DNA from: an uncultured Pelagibacteraceae bacterium
Lineage (GTDB): Bacteria > Pseudomonadota > Alphaproteobacteria > Pelagibacterales > Pelagibacteraceae
Assembly: GCA_902594255.1 (NCBI GenBank)
Contig: CACJLN010000004.1
Span: forward strand, 13,145-77,144
Length of the DNA stretch: 64,000 nt
Direction: 5' to 3'
Positions 1 through 11,638 of this stretch are shown here, piece after piece (within the stretch, counting starts at the first letter, position 1; every line of letters begins with the position of its first letter). A program made the position numbers and the translations under genes. The notes beneath the pieces are model-generated. The model did not search any database. It worked only from the letters and a program-made list of their open reading frames with translations, and was not told the DNA's origin.

Positions 1-2
1 AT

Positions 3-293
3 GAGCATGTTTACGAGAAACACATACCACCAGAATGGAAAAAACAATTTTTGAATCTTAGCTCAAGAATAGGCCTTTTGAGATGGACAATTTTATTTGC
101 AGCTTTTGGGTTTTTATTCAATATGTTAACGGTATTTGCCTTATATCTTGATGAGGTTTTTATGGCGCGAGTAATTTTTGGTTCTTGTTGTTTATCAATG
201 ATTGTCTCAATAATTTTTTTTATAAGAGAAATTCATATTTCAACAAATGCACTTAGGCTTCATATGTCAGATATGGATGTTAATGTAGATTAA
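3..293 (+). CDS. DUF2721-like small membrane protein, 5'-truncated by window edge
   Basis: Frame is open from the window start (EHVYEKHIPPEWKKQFLNLSSRIGLLRW...). Two hydrophobic helices and a C-terminal EIHISTNALRLHMSD resemble DUF2721. Confidence 0.6.
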   Translation, partial: EHVYEKHIPPEWKKQFLNLSSRIGLLRWTILFAAFGFLFNMLTVFALYLDEVFMARVIFGSCCLSMIVSIIFFIREIHISTNALRLHMSDMDVNVD

Positions 294-1261
294 GGAATTA
301 TTACAGCTGGACCTGTTAATAATCTTGCCTCTAAATCCTTATGTGCTTGAGCAGCATCTTTAAGAGAATATTTCTTAGAAATTTCTATTTTAAATTTTTT
401 AGATACAACAGCCTCAAACACTTTTTTTGCTGACTCTACTAGCTCATCTCTTTTAATAGTATAGTGTGCAATGGATGGTCTTGTAAAAAAAAGACCTTTT
501 GCATTTATATCTTTTTTTACGTCGATCGTGTCAACATAACCTGAAGCATTACCAAATGCTACCATCATTCCCCTAATCTTTAATGTCTCAATTGATCCTT
601 TAAATGTCTTTATACCTACTCCGTCGTAGACAACATCAATTCCATTTTTACCCACAATTCTTTCAACTTCTTCTACAAAATTTTTTTCTGAATAATTTAT
701 GACGTGATGGCAACCATTTTTTTTTGCAATTTCCTCTTTAATTTTCGATCCAACTGTTCCGATTACCTCTGCACCTAAAGCATTGGCCCAAGGACATAAA
801 ATTTGACCAAGACCTCCAGCAGCAGCATGATATAAAACTTTATCACCTTTTTTTAAGGGATATGCTCGATGCAATAAATATTCTGCTGTTATACCTTTTA
901 ATGTAACACAAGACGCTACTTCATCAGACACATCATTGGGTACAGAAACTAATTTTTCCTCAGGCATAATTTGTTTTTCTGAGTAAGCGCCAATAGGCAT
1001 TGAAGCATGAGCAACTCTATCACCAACTTTAAATAGTTTTACTTCTGACCCCACTTCTTCAATTACACCACAAGCTTCTAAACCGATACCGCTGGGTAAT
1101 GGAATTGGGTAGAGACCTGTTCGATGATAAATATCTATAAAATTTAATCCAATTGAAAGATTCTTAATTAAAACCTCCTTAGGTCCAGGTTTTCCTATTT
1201 GTACATCTTGAATAACTAAAACCTCTGGCCCGCCAAACTTATTTATTTGAATAGATTTCAT
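290..1261 (-). CDS. qor: NADPH:quinone oxidoreductase (zeta-crystallin/MDR family)
   Basis: GGPEVL, GLNFIDIYHRTGLYP, HAAAGGLG nucleotide-binding motif, VVYDGVG, AHKDLEAR. Confidence 0.92.
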   Translation of the reverse strand: MKSIQINKFGGPEVLVIQDVQIGKPGPKEVLIKNLSIGLNFIDIYHRTGLYPIPLPSGIGLEACGVIEEVGSEVKLFKVGDRVAHASMPIGAYSEKQIMPEEKLVSVPNDVSDEVASCVTLKGITAEYLLHRAYPLKKGDKVLYHAAAGGLGQILCPWANALGAEVIGTVGSKIKEEIAKKNGCHHVINYSEKNFVEEVERIVGKNGIDVVYDGVGIKTFKGSIETLKIRGMMVAFGNASGYVDTIDVKKDINAKGLFFTRPSIAHYTIKRDELVESAKKVFEAVVSKKFKIEISKKYSLKDAAQAHKDLEARLLTGPAVIIP

Positions 1262-1264
1262 TAT

Positions 1265-2101
1265 TTATTTTACAAATGTGCCGTTATGATAATCTTGAAC
1301 AGCTTGTAATATCTCTGCTTTAGTGTTCATTACAAAAGGCCCACCTCTGGCTATTTCCTCATTAATAGGTTTTCCTGAAATAACTAAAAATTTTGCACTT
1401 GAAGCAGCTTTGACTTTTAACTCTTTACCTTTTGAGAGCAAGATTAAGGTGCTATCTTTAATCTTTTTATGATCTTTTTCACCAACTACTATCTCTCCAT
1501 TTATTAAGTATACAAATGAATTGTGAGTAGAAGGTAAACTAAACTTAAATTCTTTTCCTTCATTTAGTTCAACATCAAAATAAAAAGGCTCTATATTATG
1601 TCCTTTAACAGGACCTTCTGCTTTTTCAAATTTTCCCGCAATAACTTTGACACGTTTATCATCATCTTTATGAACACTAATTTTGTTTGCATCAATATAG
1701 ATATACTCTGGTTTACTCATTTTTAATTTTGCAGGCATATTAATCCATAATTGAAATCCATGAAGTTTACCCTCTTTCATACCTGGCATTTCTGAATGTA
1801 TAATACCACTACCGGTTTTCATCCATTGGACATCGCCAGCAGTCATTTTACCTTTACCGCCAGTACTGTCCTCATGTTCAAAATTTCCTGCTAACATATA
1901 AGTAACAGTTTCAATTCCTCTATGTGGATGTGGAGGAAATCCAGCAACATAATCTTCACTATTTTCTGAACCAAATTCATCTAACATTAAAAAAGGATCG
2001 AAATAATTTGGTTCAACACCAATACTTCTTTTTAATTTAACCCCAGCTCCATCTGATGCTGGAATAGGATCAATGATTTTACTAACTTCAATATTTTTCA
2101 T
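1265..2101 (-). CDS. Pirin family bicupin protein
   Basis: DPFLMLDEF, GFPPHPHRGIETVTY, GDVQWMKTGSGIIHSE, GFQLWINMP, GGPFVMNT. Confidence 0.95.
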   Translation of the reverse strand: MKNIEVSKIIDPIPASDGAGVKLKRSIGVEPNYFDPFLMLDEFGSENSEDYVAGFPPHPHRGIETVTYMLAGNFEHEDSTGGKGKMTAGDVQWMKTGSGIIHSEMPGMKEGKLHGFQLWINMPAKLKMSKPEYIYIDANKISVHKDDDKRVKVIAGKFEKAEGPVKGHNIEPFYFDVELNEGKEFKFSLPSTHNSFVYLINGEIVVGEKDHKKIKDSTLILLSKGKELKVKAASSAKFLVISGKPINEEIARGGPFVMNTKAEILQAVQDYHNGTFVK

Positions 2102-2139
2102 ATTAGAATTTAATAGTTAAAAAACAGAAATTTGCAATG

Positions 2140-2379
2140 TTACTTTTTATTATGTGAACCATCACAGAATGGCTGATTATTAGTTTGTTTACAAGTGCAA
2201 AAAAACATCTTTTTAGTTAATTCTGCTTTATATACAACAGGGTTAAATTCAGATCCTTTATGAGAGCCATCGCAAAATGGTTGCTTGGAACTTTTCCCAC
2301 AACTACACCAAAAGTAAGATTTGCCTTCTTCAACTTCAATTTTTATTGCACTATTGCCCGCTCTCTGTCCCTTAGTCAT
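2140..2379 (-). CDS. Tandem CDGSH [2Fe-2S] domain protein (CISD3/MiNT-like)
   Basis: Two C-x-C-x9-CDGSH-type motifs (WCSCGKSSKQPFCDGSH; FCTCKQTNNQPFCDGSH); AAGGGG SD-like sequence upstream. Confidence 0.93.
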   Translation of the reverse strand: MTKGQRAGNSAIKIEVEEGKSYFWCSCGKSSKQPFCDGSHKGSEFNPVVYKAELTKKMFFCTCKQTNNQPFCDGSHNKK

Positions 2380-2397
2380 GTTCCCCTTAATTATTAT

Positions 2398-3060
2398 TTA
2401 AATTAAACTAAAAAGCTCAGTTAAATCTTTTATTTGATTACTTGGTTTATAATCAAGGTTATCAAATATATTATTATTTCTGTTCACCCAAATAGATTGG
2501 TAACCATAATTTCCTGCACCAGAAACATCCCAAGTGTTTGCACTTAAAAAAATAACTTCACTATTTTTTATTTTATATTTTTTAATTGGTAAATCGTAGA
2601 CTCTGGAATCTGGCTTATAAATTCCAACCTCTTCTATGGAAAAAATGTCATCAAATAATTTATCTAAGTTATTACTTTTGACCAGCTCATCTAATAGGGA
2701 AGGAGTACCATTTGAAAGAATAGCTAATTTAAAATTCCTTCTTTTTAATTTTTTTAAAGTTTCTGGAACTTCTTTAAAGGGAGAGAGAACTTTGTATAAA
2801 TTCAATAATTCGTTTTTCATAGAAGGATCTATGCTAAAAGCTCTCATTGATTTGTCTAAGCTATCTTCTGTAATCTGCAAAAAATCTTTATGTCTCTTCA
2901 TTAAACTTCTGAGCCAAGTATACTCTAACTGAGTAGTTCTCCAAAAAGTAGCAAAATTCTCCCACTTATCTCCAATTTTATCTTTACATTTTTCTGCAGC
3001 AGAATTTACGTCAAACAATGTACCATAAGCATCAAAAATTATTGCTTTAACATTTTTCAT
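2398..3060 (-). CDS. Haloacid dehalogenase type II (L-2-haloacid dehalogenase-like HAD)
   Basis: FDAYGTLFDV, WRTTQLEYTWL, LSNG, YKPD, SANTWDVSGA motifs. Confidence 0.9.
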   Translation of the reverse strand: MKNVKAIIFDAYGTLFDVNSAAEKCKDKIGDKWENFATFWRTTQLEYTWLRSLMKRHKDFLQITEDSLDKSMRAFSIDPSMKNELLNLYKVLSPFKEVPETLKKLKRRNFKLAILSNGTPSLLDELVKSNNLDKLFDDIFSIEEVGIYKPDSRVYDLPIKKYKIKNSEVIFLSANTWDVSGAGNYGYQSIWVNRNNNIFDNLDYKPSNQIKDLTELFSLI

Positions 3061-3077
3061 AAATTAACTTAACACAA

Positions 3078-3776
3078 ATGAGTAATATTAGATTATTTTT
3101 TTTGGGTTCACTGTCAGTGAATATGAATGGTAAGTTAGATAAGTCACAATCACATTATTTAACAAAAGTAATGAGAGTAAAAGAAAACGAGGTCTTTTCT
3201 TTATTTAATAACAATGGTGAATGGGCAGCTAAAATTTTAAGAATTTCAAAAAGTATTGTTGAATTTAAAGTTATAAAAAAAATAAGACAAAAAGAAAAAA
3301 TAAAAGAATTATGGTTGGCATTTTCTCCAATTAAATCAAATTATCAGAATTTTATGATACAAAAAGCTACGGAGTTGGGAATCACGAAATTTATACCAAT
3401 TATTTTTGAAAGGACAATCGTTAGAAAAATAAACAAAGAACGTTTTGAAAAAATAGTGATTGAGGCAAGTGAACAATCAAATCGTATTGACGTACCATTA
3501 ATTGAACCTAGTCAGAATTTGGATAATCTTTTAAAAAATTCAATGGATTTAATTTTTACAGATTTAAACTCTAGTAATACCAAACTTGATAAATCAAAAT
3601 TTACAAATAAACCAGTTTGCATAATTATAGGACCAGAGGGTGATTTTTCAGAAGCAGAAAGAGCAAAGATTCTCTCTTTTAGAGGAGTCCAGTCATTTAA
3701 AATCAATGAGAATATTTTAAGATCAGAAACGGCTGTGATATCTGCAATTTCAATCGTAAATTATGCAATAAATTGA
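3078..3776 (+). CDS. rsmE: 16S rRNA m3U1498 methyltransferase
   Basis: HYLTKVMR, QKATELGI, EASEQS, IGPEGDFS, ILRSETA. Confidence 0.95.
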   Translation: MSNIRLFFLGSLSVNMNGKLDKSQSHYLTKVMRVKENEVFSLFNNNGEWAAKILRISKSIVEFKVIKKIRQKEKIKELWLAFSPIKSNYQNFMIQKATELGITKFIPIIFERTIVRKINKERFEKIVIEASEQSNRIDVPLIEPSQNLDNLLKNSMDLIFTDLNSSNTKLDKSKFTNKPVCIIIGPEGDFSEAERAKILSFRGVQSFKINENILRSETAVISAISIVNYAIN

Positions 3777-3835
3777 TAAATTGTCGCGAAAACTAAAGTG
3801 TAATTTTTATAAAAGAGCTTTATATAGCTATTAAA

Positions 3836-4648
3836 ATGAAAAAATTTTTTATTATATTTTCAGGTTTTTTGATATCTAGCAATGCTTTAGCAAATCAACC
3901 CTTTGATTGGCAACTAGGGTTTCAAAAAGCTGCTTCAGAGTCTATGAGAGATATTGTTGCTTTCCATAACAATCTTTTATTACCAATTATAATTGCGATA
4001 AGCGTATTTGTTTTATTTTTAATGTTGTATGCTTGTATAAGATTTAGAGCTTCAGCAAATCCAAACCCATCTAAAAGAACACATAATGTTACTGTAGAAA
4101 TTTTGTGGACTTTAATACCATGTTTAATTTTGATTGTGATGGCAGTGCCGTCATTTAAAATTTTATATAAACAAGACACTATCCCGAAGGCAGATCTAAC
4201 AATAAAAGCGATTGGCTATCAGTGGTATTGGGGTTACGAGTATCCAGACGAAAATATAATTTTTGAGTCTTATATGATTGAGGATAAAGATTTAAAAGCT
4301 GATCAACCTAGATTACTTGCTGTGGATAATGAAGTTGTAGTTCCGGTAAATAAAGTTGTTAAAGTTCTGATAACTGCAAATGATGTATTACATGCCTGGG
4401 CTTTACCAGCATTTGGAGTTAAAAGAGACGCAGTCCCTGGAAGAATTAATGAAACATGGTTTAAGGCAGAGAAAGAGGGGACATACTACGGCCAGTGTTC
4501 TGAACTTTGTGGCATCAAACATGCGTTTATGCCAATTACAGTAAAAGTTGTGAGTGAAGAGGAGTACCAAGATTGGCTGTCGGAGGCGCGAGTAAAATTT
4601 GCAAAGGATGAAATTAAAAACGATAAACTAAAAATAGCTAGTAGGTAA
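3836..4648 (+). CDS. coxB: Cytochrome c oxidase subunit II
   Basis: GYQWYWGYEY; CuA ligands DVLHAW and CSELCGIKHAFM. Confidence 0.98.
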   Translation: MKKFFIIFSGFLISSNALANQPFDWQLGFQKAASESMRDIVAFHNNLLLPIIIAISVFVLFLMLYACIRFRASANPNPSKRTHNVTVEILWTLIPCLILIVMAVPSFKILYKQDTIPKADLTIKAIGYQWYWGYEYPDENIIFESYMIEDKDLKADQPRLLAVDNEVVVPVNKVVKVLITANDVLHAWALPAFGVKRDAVPGRINETWFKAEKEGTYYGQCSELCGIKHAFMPITVKVVSEEEYQDWLSEARVKFAKDEIKNDKLKIASR

Positions 4649-6280
<1,632 letters not shown>

Positions 6281-6298
6281 ATTCAGAATACAAAAGAT

Positions 6299-7210
6299 AT
6301 GAACAATGTACGGCTAAAAAAAAGAAGTTTAAGCCAAGAGGATTTATTTAATTTTTCAGAATTATTTAAATTAATGAAACCACGTGTAATGTCATTAGTT
6401 ATTTTTACGTGTGCTGTTGGTTTATTAACGGCGCCAAATATAGTCTCAACTAAAGATGCTATAATTGGAATTTTACTAGTTTCATTGGGGGCAGGTGCTG
6501 CTGGAGCTTTAAATATGTGGTACGAGTCTGACTTAGATGCTTTAATGTCTAGAACTTGTTTAAGGCCAATACCAACTGGCAAAGTAAATAAGAACCAAGC
6601 GTTAATATTTGGTGTAACTTTATCGATAGTGTCAGTTGTAGCTTTAGATTATTTTACTAACAGGATCTCTGCAACCATATTGTTACTAACTATATTATTT
6701 TATGTATTGGTTTATACAATTTGGTTAAAAAGAAGAACACCCCAAAATATTGTAATAGGAGGTGCTGCAGGTGCTTTTCCTCCTGTAATAGGTTGGACGA
6801 TTGCTACAGGCTCAATATCAATAGAACCTTTAGCTTTTTTTCTTATAATATTTTTTTGGACACCCTCGCACTTCTGGGCTTTAAGCTTGTATAAATCCGA
6901 TGATTATAGAAAAGCTAAAATACCTATGCTTCCATTAATTAGCGGAATTGAAAGAACTAAAATAAATATATTTATTTACTCACTACTAATGTTGCCAACA
7001 ATTATTTTTCCATATGCAATAGATTTTGTTGGGTTAACATTTCTAATTCCATCATTACTTCTAACATTTTATTATAATTATTTATGCTATGAACTACTTA
7101 GATTTAAAAAGAATAAATTTAAACCAAAGTTTGCAAAAGCCATATTTGGATTTTCAATACTATATTTGTTTTTGATTTTTGTTCTTTTTTTGATAGATAA
7201 GATTGTATGA
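6299..7210 (+). CDS. ctaB: Protoheme IX farnesyltransferase (heme o synthase)
   Basis: LMKPRVMSL, DALMSRTCLRPIP, LKRRTPQNIVIGG, WTPSHFWAL. Confidence 0.97.
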   Translation: MNNVRLKKRSLSQEDLFNFSELFKLMKPRVMSLVIFTCAVGLLTAPNIVSTKDAIIGILLVSLGAGAAGALNMWYESDLDALMSRTCLRPIPTGKVNKNQALIFGVTLSIVSVVALDYFTNRISATILLLTILFYVLVYTIWLKRRTPQNIVIGGAAGAFPPVIGWTIATGSISIEPLAFFLIIFFWTPSHFWALSLYKSDDYRKAKIPMLPLISGIERTKINIFIYSLLMLPTIIFPYAIDFVGLTFLIPSLLLTFYYNYLCYELLRFKKNKFKPKFAKAIFGFSILYLFLIFVLFLIDKIV

Positions 7211-7332
7211 TTACACCAGATAAAAGAACAAAAAGAAAAAACCTTATCACAGCAATAGCAATAATTGCATTTATGATTTTTCTTTTCTTCTTTACTCTAT
7301 ATAACACAGGAGTATTTGATAGATCCATATGA
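7207..7332 (+). CDS. 41-aa single-pass membrane protein of the cox operon (CoxF-like); absent from ORF track
   Basis: Translates as MITPDKRTKRKNLITAIAIIAFMIFLFFFTLYNTGVFDRSI*. It fills the ctaB-ctaG gap exactly, with ATGA overlaps at both ends; basic patch followed by one TM helix. Confidence 0.85.
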   Translation: MITPDKRTKRKNLITAIAIIAFMIFLFFFTLYNTGVFDRSI

Positions 7333-7862
7333 TTGAGAAAAAAAAATTAACCCCGTTAGTTCTTGCTGGCATTTTTGTTTTAATGTTAGGTTTGTCTTAT
7401 GCTTCTGTTCCTCTTTATGAAATTTTTTGTAGGGTCACAGGATTTGGAGGAACAACACAAGTTGCTAATAATGCGCCAAAAATTGTTTTAGATAAAGTGG
7501 TAAGTGTTAGATTTGATACAAATGTAAATAATTTGCCGTGGGATTTTAAAGCTAAATCAAATGTGATGAATGTAAAAGTAGGGCAAGTTAATAAAATAGA
7601 GTTTGAAGTTTTGAATTATGGTGATGAGCCAACAGCAGGTGTAGCAAGTTTTAATGTTTCCCCATCAAGTTTTGGAAAATATTACAGTAAACTAGGTTGT
7701 TTCTGTTTTGAAAAACAAGAATTAAAAGCTGGAGAAAAAGCTACATATGTTATGACTTTTTATTTGGATCCAGAAATGGTTAATGATGCTACTGTTAAAA
7801 ATTTGGAAGATGTGACTATGTCATATACTTTTTTCTCGACAGACTATTATAAACAATCATAA
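7329..7862 (+). CDS. ctaG: Cytochrome c oxidase Cu chaperone (Cox11/CtaG)
   Basis: YASVPLYEIFCRVTGFGGT and CFCF copper motif. Confidence 0.97.
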   Translation: MIEKKKLTPLVLAGIFVLMLGLSYASVPLYEIFCRVTGFGGTTQVANNAPKIVLDKVVSVRFDTNVNNLPWDFKAKSNVMNVKVGQVNKIEFEVLNYGDEPTAGVASFNVSPSSFGKYYSKLGCFCFEKQELKAGEKATYVMTFYLDPEMVNDATVKNLEDVTMSYTFFSTDYYKQS

Positions 7863-7870
7863 TTCTAAAT

Positions 7871-8659
7871 ATGTCAGCTGAAAAAAAACATGATTACCAC
7901 TTAGTCGACCCAAGTCCCTGGCCAATCTACGTTTCGTTTTCTTGTTTAGTTTTAGCCCTTGGCTCAGTTTATTATATGCATTCAGATGTTTCTTGGGGAA
8001 TGTATTTGGGATTCGCTCTTTTAATCTATGGTGCATATATGTGGTTTAGAGATGTAGTTATCGAAGCAGAGCATCAAGGACATCATACACCAGTAGTTCA
8101 AATACATCATCGTTATGGGATGACTTTATTTATCGCCTCAGAGGTAATGTTTTTTGTTGCATGGTTTTGGGCATATTTTGATGTTAGTCTTTTTCCAAAT
8201 GAATTTGTGGGAAATGTATGGCCACCAAAAGATATTAAAACTTTTGATCCATGGGACATTCCATTAATAAATACTTTGGTGCTTTTATTGTCTGGAACAA
8301 CTGTGACATGGTCACATCATGCGCTTTTAGAGAATGATAGAAAAAGTTTTATTCAAGGATTAGTTTTAACAGTAATATTAGGTGCTTGTTTCACAGCTTT
8401 ACAAGCTTATGAATATCATCATGCAACATTTGCTTTTTCAGATCATATCTACGGTTCAGTATTTTATATGGCAACAGGATTTCACGGTTTCCACGTAATA
8501 GTAGGTACAATTTTTTTAGCTGTATGTTTGTGGAGAGGAAAGCTAGGTCATTTTAATAAAGATCATCATTTTGGTTTTGAGGCGGCAGCATGGTACTGGC
8601 ACTTTGTTGACGTAGTTTGGTTATTCTTATTTGCTGCGATCTATATTTGGGGAAGCTAA
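7871..8659 (+). CDS. coxC: Cytochrome c oxidase subunit III
   Basis: HDYHLVDPSPWP, SEVMFF, TGFHGFHV, AAWYWHFVDVVW. Confidence 0.98.
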   Translation: MSAEKKHDYHLVDPSPWPIYVSFSCLVLALGSVYYMHSDVSWGMYLGFALLIYGAYMWFRDVVIEAEHQGHHTPVVQIHHRYGMTLFIASEVMFFVAWFWAYFDVSLFPNEFVGNVWPPKDIKTFDPWDIPLINTLVLLLSGTTVTWSHHALLENDRKSFIQGLVLTVILGACFTALQAYEYHHATFAFSDHIYGSVFYMATGFHGFHVIVGTIFLAVCLWRGKLGHFNKDHHFGFEAAAWYWHFVDVVWLFLFAAIYIWGS

Positions 8660-8668
8660 TTTTGCACC

Positions 8669-9322
8669 TTGAAACATAAATTTTTATTTTCAGTTTTTAT
8701 CATATTTTTTATATTTGTTTTTATTGCTTTAGGCATTTGGCAGGTAATTCGTTTAAATTGGAAGAACAATCTCATTTTAGAGATTGAAAACTCATTGAAA
8801 AATCCTCCAGTTCAGCTTTCACAATCTAACCAACAAAATTATCTCAAAATTAAAACATCTGGTCGTGTTGATTTTGAGAAACAAATTTACTTATATAATT
8901 TAAATGACTCTGGAACACCTGGGTTTGAAGTTCTAAATCCTATCCTAATAGATGGTGAAAATTATTTACTCAATAGAGGATGGATACCATTTGAAAAAAA
9001 AGATGCTCCAGAGATAAATATATTGGATCAAAATAATATAGAAGGAACTCTTAAAACACAGGGAAGAAAAAATATATTCAAACCAGATAATAATATTAAA
9101 GAAAATTACTGGTTTAGTTTAAATAGAGAAGATATCTCAAAATTTACTGGTAAAGAATTTTCTAAGTACATAATATATTTAGATGGAAATTATCAGCTTC
9201 CTAGACCAAAAAAAATTACTGCTAATATTTCCAACAATCATAAAAAATATGCAATGACATGGTTTTCATTAGCGATTTCAATTCTTTTGCTATATCTATA
9301 TTTTAGAAAAAAGAATTATTAA
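8669..9322 (+). CDS. surf1: SURF1 family oxidase assembly protein
   Basis: LGIWQVIRLNWK, NRGWIP, NNHKKYAMTWF; TTG start; operon context. Confidence 0.93.
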   Translation: MKHKFLFSVFIIFFIFVFIALGIWQVIRLNWKNNLILEIENSLKNPPVQLSQSNQQNYLKIKTSGRVDFEKQIYLYNLNDSGTPGFEVLNPILIDGENYLLNRGWIPFEKKDAPEINILDQNNIEGTLKTQGRKNIFKPDNNIKENYWFSLNREDISKFTGKEFSKYIIYLDGNYQLPRPKKITANISNNHKKYAMTWFSLAISILLLYLYFRKKNY

Positions 9323-10696
9323 ATGAATTATATCAGTACAAGAAATAATCAAAAAAACTTTACTTTTAAAGATGTTTTTCTTAAAGGTCTAGCAGATGAT
9401 GGGGGACTATTTGTTCCTAAGTCAATTAAACCCTTTAAAAAGGAAGAATTAAATAATCTAAAAAACCTTAATTACAATGATCTAGCAGCTGAAATAATTT
9501 ATCCATTTATAGGAGATTTCATGTCTAAAGATGATCTAATCTCTTTGATTTCAAAATCATATTCAAATTTCAGATTCGATGACGTTGTCAAAATATCAGA
9601 TCTAGGAGATTTAAAAGTATTAGAATTGTTTCATGGACCTACACTAGCTTTTAAAGATATCGCAATGCAACTAATAGGTAATTTTTATCAATATTATTTA
9701 GGCCGTGATCAAAAAAAAATTAATATAATAGTAGCAACTTCAGGTGATACGGGTGCTGCTGCCATAGACGCTTTAAAGGGAAAAAATAATTTAAATGTTT
9801 TTGTACTACACCCAAATAATAAAATTTCGCCAGTGCAAAGAAGACTAATGACAATACATGAGGAGAGTAATGTATTTAACATTGCGGTGGAGGGTAATTT
9901 TGACGATTGCCAAAATTTAGTAAAAGCAATGTTTAATGACGAAAAATTTTCTAAAGCAATCAATATGTCTGGTGTAAATTCAATTAATTGGGCAAGAATT
10001 ATTGCTCAATCAGTGTATTATTTTTATGCTTACTTTAAAGTTGGAAATGGTCAACCCTTGTCCTTTTCTGTTCCAACAGGAAACTTTGGTGATATTTACG
10101 CAGGTTACTTGGCAAAAAAACTAGGTCTTCCAATTGATAGATTAATCGTAGCAACAAATAAAAATGACATACTACACAGAGCTATTTCTGATGGTGATTA
10201 CAATCAAAAGAAAGTTGAGGAAACAAATACACCAAGTATGGATATACAAATAGCAAGTAATTTCGAAAGGCTTTTATATGACGTAAAAAATTGTAACTCA
10301 GAAGTTACAAAAGATGTAATGGCTGAAATAAAAAATAATACTTATAAAATTGATAAAAACGATTTATATAAAATTAAAAAGAATTTTGTATCCGAGATGC
10401 TTGATGAAAAGGAGACTGTTGAAATGATAAAGATAATTAATGATGAGCATCAGGTGGTAGTAGATCCACATACTGCAGTAGGTATCGGCGCTGTGAGAAA
10501 ACTAGGATTAGAAAAAAATTGTGTCGTATTATCAACTGCACACCCATGCAAATTTCCAAAAGCAATAGAGGATGCGATATCAAAAACCGAAAATTTACCA
10601 AATAGTCTAAAATATGTTAATGACAGAAAAGAAAAATTTAAACTTCTTTCTAACGATATTACAAAAATTAAGAAATATATAATGAATTCTATATGA
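9323..10696 (+). CDS. thrC: Threonine synthase
   Basis: YISTR, GLADDGGLFVP, LELFHGPTLAFKD (PLP Lys), VPTGNFG, DPHTA. Confidence 0.97.
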   Translation: MNYISTRNNQKNFTFKDVFLKGLADDGGLFVPKSIKPFKKEELNNLKNLNYNDLAAEIIYPFIGDFMSKDDLISLISKSYSNFRFDDVVKISDLGDLKVLELFHGPTLAFKDIAMQLIGNFYQYYLGRDQKKINIIVATSGDTGAAAIDALKGKNNLNVFVLHPNNKISPVQRRLMTIHEESNVFNIAVEGNFDDCQNLVKAMFNDEKFSKAINMSGVNSINWARIIAQSVYYFYAYFKVGNGQPLSFSVPTGNFGDIYAGYLAKKLGLPIDRLIVATNKNDILHRAISDGDYNQKKVEETNTPSMDIQIASNFERLLYDVKNCNSEVTKDVMAEIKNNTYKIDKNDLYKIKKNFVSEMLDEKETVEMIKIINDEHQVVVDPHTAVGIGAVRKLGLEKNCVVLSTAHPCKFPKAIEDAISKTENLPNSLKYVNDRKEKFKLLSNDITKIKKYIMNSI

Positions 10697-11181
10697 AACT
10701 TAAAATAAAAGATCAACTACCAGATACAGAGATTTTTCAACTTGTTGATGGAGAACCTCAAAAAAGTAAACTAAGAGAAACTATTGGTAATGGTAAAATT
10801 GTTTTGTTTGGTTTACCTGGTGCATTTACATCAACTTGTTCCAAACTTCACCTGCCAGGTTTTGTTGCAAATGCAGACAAAATCAAAGCAAAAGGAATAA
10901 AAAATATATTTTGTTTATCAGTAAATGATCCTTATGTGATGCATGGCTGGGGAGAGATTAATAATACTGGAGATAAAATAAAAATGTTATCTGATCCGTA
11001 TTTGTTATTTACTAAAGCAATTGGAGCAGAAGTTGATCGAAACGCAAAAGGGATGGGTATTAGATCAAATCGTTATTTAATGGTGATTGAAAATTTTACA
11101 ATTGTTAATATTCATGTTGAAAAAGAAACTAAAGAATGTGGTTTAACTTCAGCAGAAAACTTATTAAATAATCTAATCTAG
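10693..11181 (+). CDS. Peroxiredoxin, Prx5 type
   Basis: GLPGAFTSTCSKLHLPG, SVNDPYVM, GIRSNRY. Confidence 0.93.
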   Translation: MKLKIKDQLPDTEIFQLVDGEPQKSKLRETIGNGKIVLFGLPGAFTSTCSKLHLPGFVANADKIKAKGIKNIFCLSVNDPYVMHGWGEINNTGDKIKMLSDPYLLFTKAIGAEVDRNAKGMGIRSNRYLMVIENFTIVNIHVEKETKECGLTSAENLLNNLI

Positions 11182-11212
11182 GTAGGCCCGTTCTGTTGCT
11201 AGTTGCCCTCAA

Positions 11213-11635
11213 CTATGAATTGGCAGCATTTTTAGCTAGTAAATCTACTTCATTATTTAAATCATTTGTTGAATGTGCTTTCACCCAATTCCAACTTATT
11301 TCAAATTCACTATTTAGTAGATCTAATTCTGTCCAAAGCTCTTTATTGCTTACCTCTTTTTTGTTTGCAGTTTTCCACCCATTTTTTTTCCAATTATGTA
11401 TCCACTCTGTTATTCCGGACTTAACATATTTAGAGTCTGTAAAAATTTGAACCTTACTACCTTTTGGAATTTCGTTAAGAGCTTTTATTGGAGCAAGTAA
11501 TTCCATTTGATTGTTTGTAGTATCATTTTTTTTTCCTTTAATTTTAGTTTTTTTCCCATCATTTAATATTATTGCTGCCCAACCACCTTTACCTGGATTA
11601 CCAATACATGAACCATCGGTATATATTTTAATCAT
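11213..11635 (-). CDS. rnhA: Ribonuclease HI
   Basis: YTDGSCIGNPGKGGW, TTNNQMEL, TDSKYV, WVKAH. Confidence 0.97.
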   Translation of the reverse strand: MIKIYTDGSCIGNPGKGGWAAIILNDGKKTKIKGKKNDTTNNQMELLAPIKALNEIPKGSKVQIFTDSKYVKSGITEWIHNWKKNGWKTANKKEVSNKELWTELDLLNSEFEISWNWVKAHSTNDLNNEVDLLAKNAANS

Positions 11636-11638
11636 AAA

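Noticed and set aside
3773-3788. TTGAT...TGTCGC upstream of coxB as an FNR or RegA site
   Set aside because: Only one half-site of each motif is present; not enough to call
11182-11212. Relatively GC-rich 31-nt spacer between the convergent prx and rnhA stops
   Set aside because: No stable hairpin, tRNA fragment or repeat that I can identify; ORF 11196-11450 is an rnhA antisense shadow
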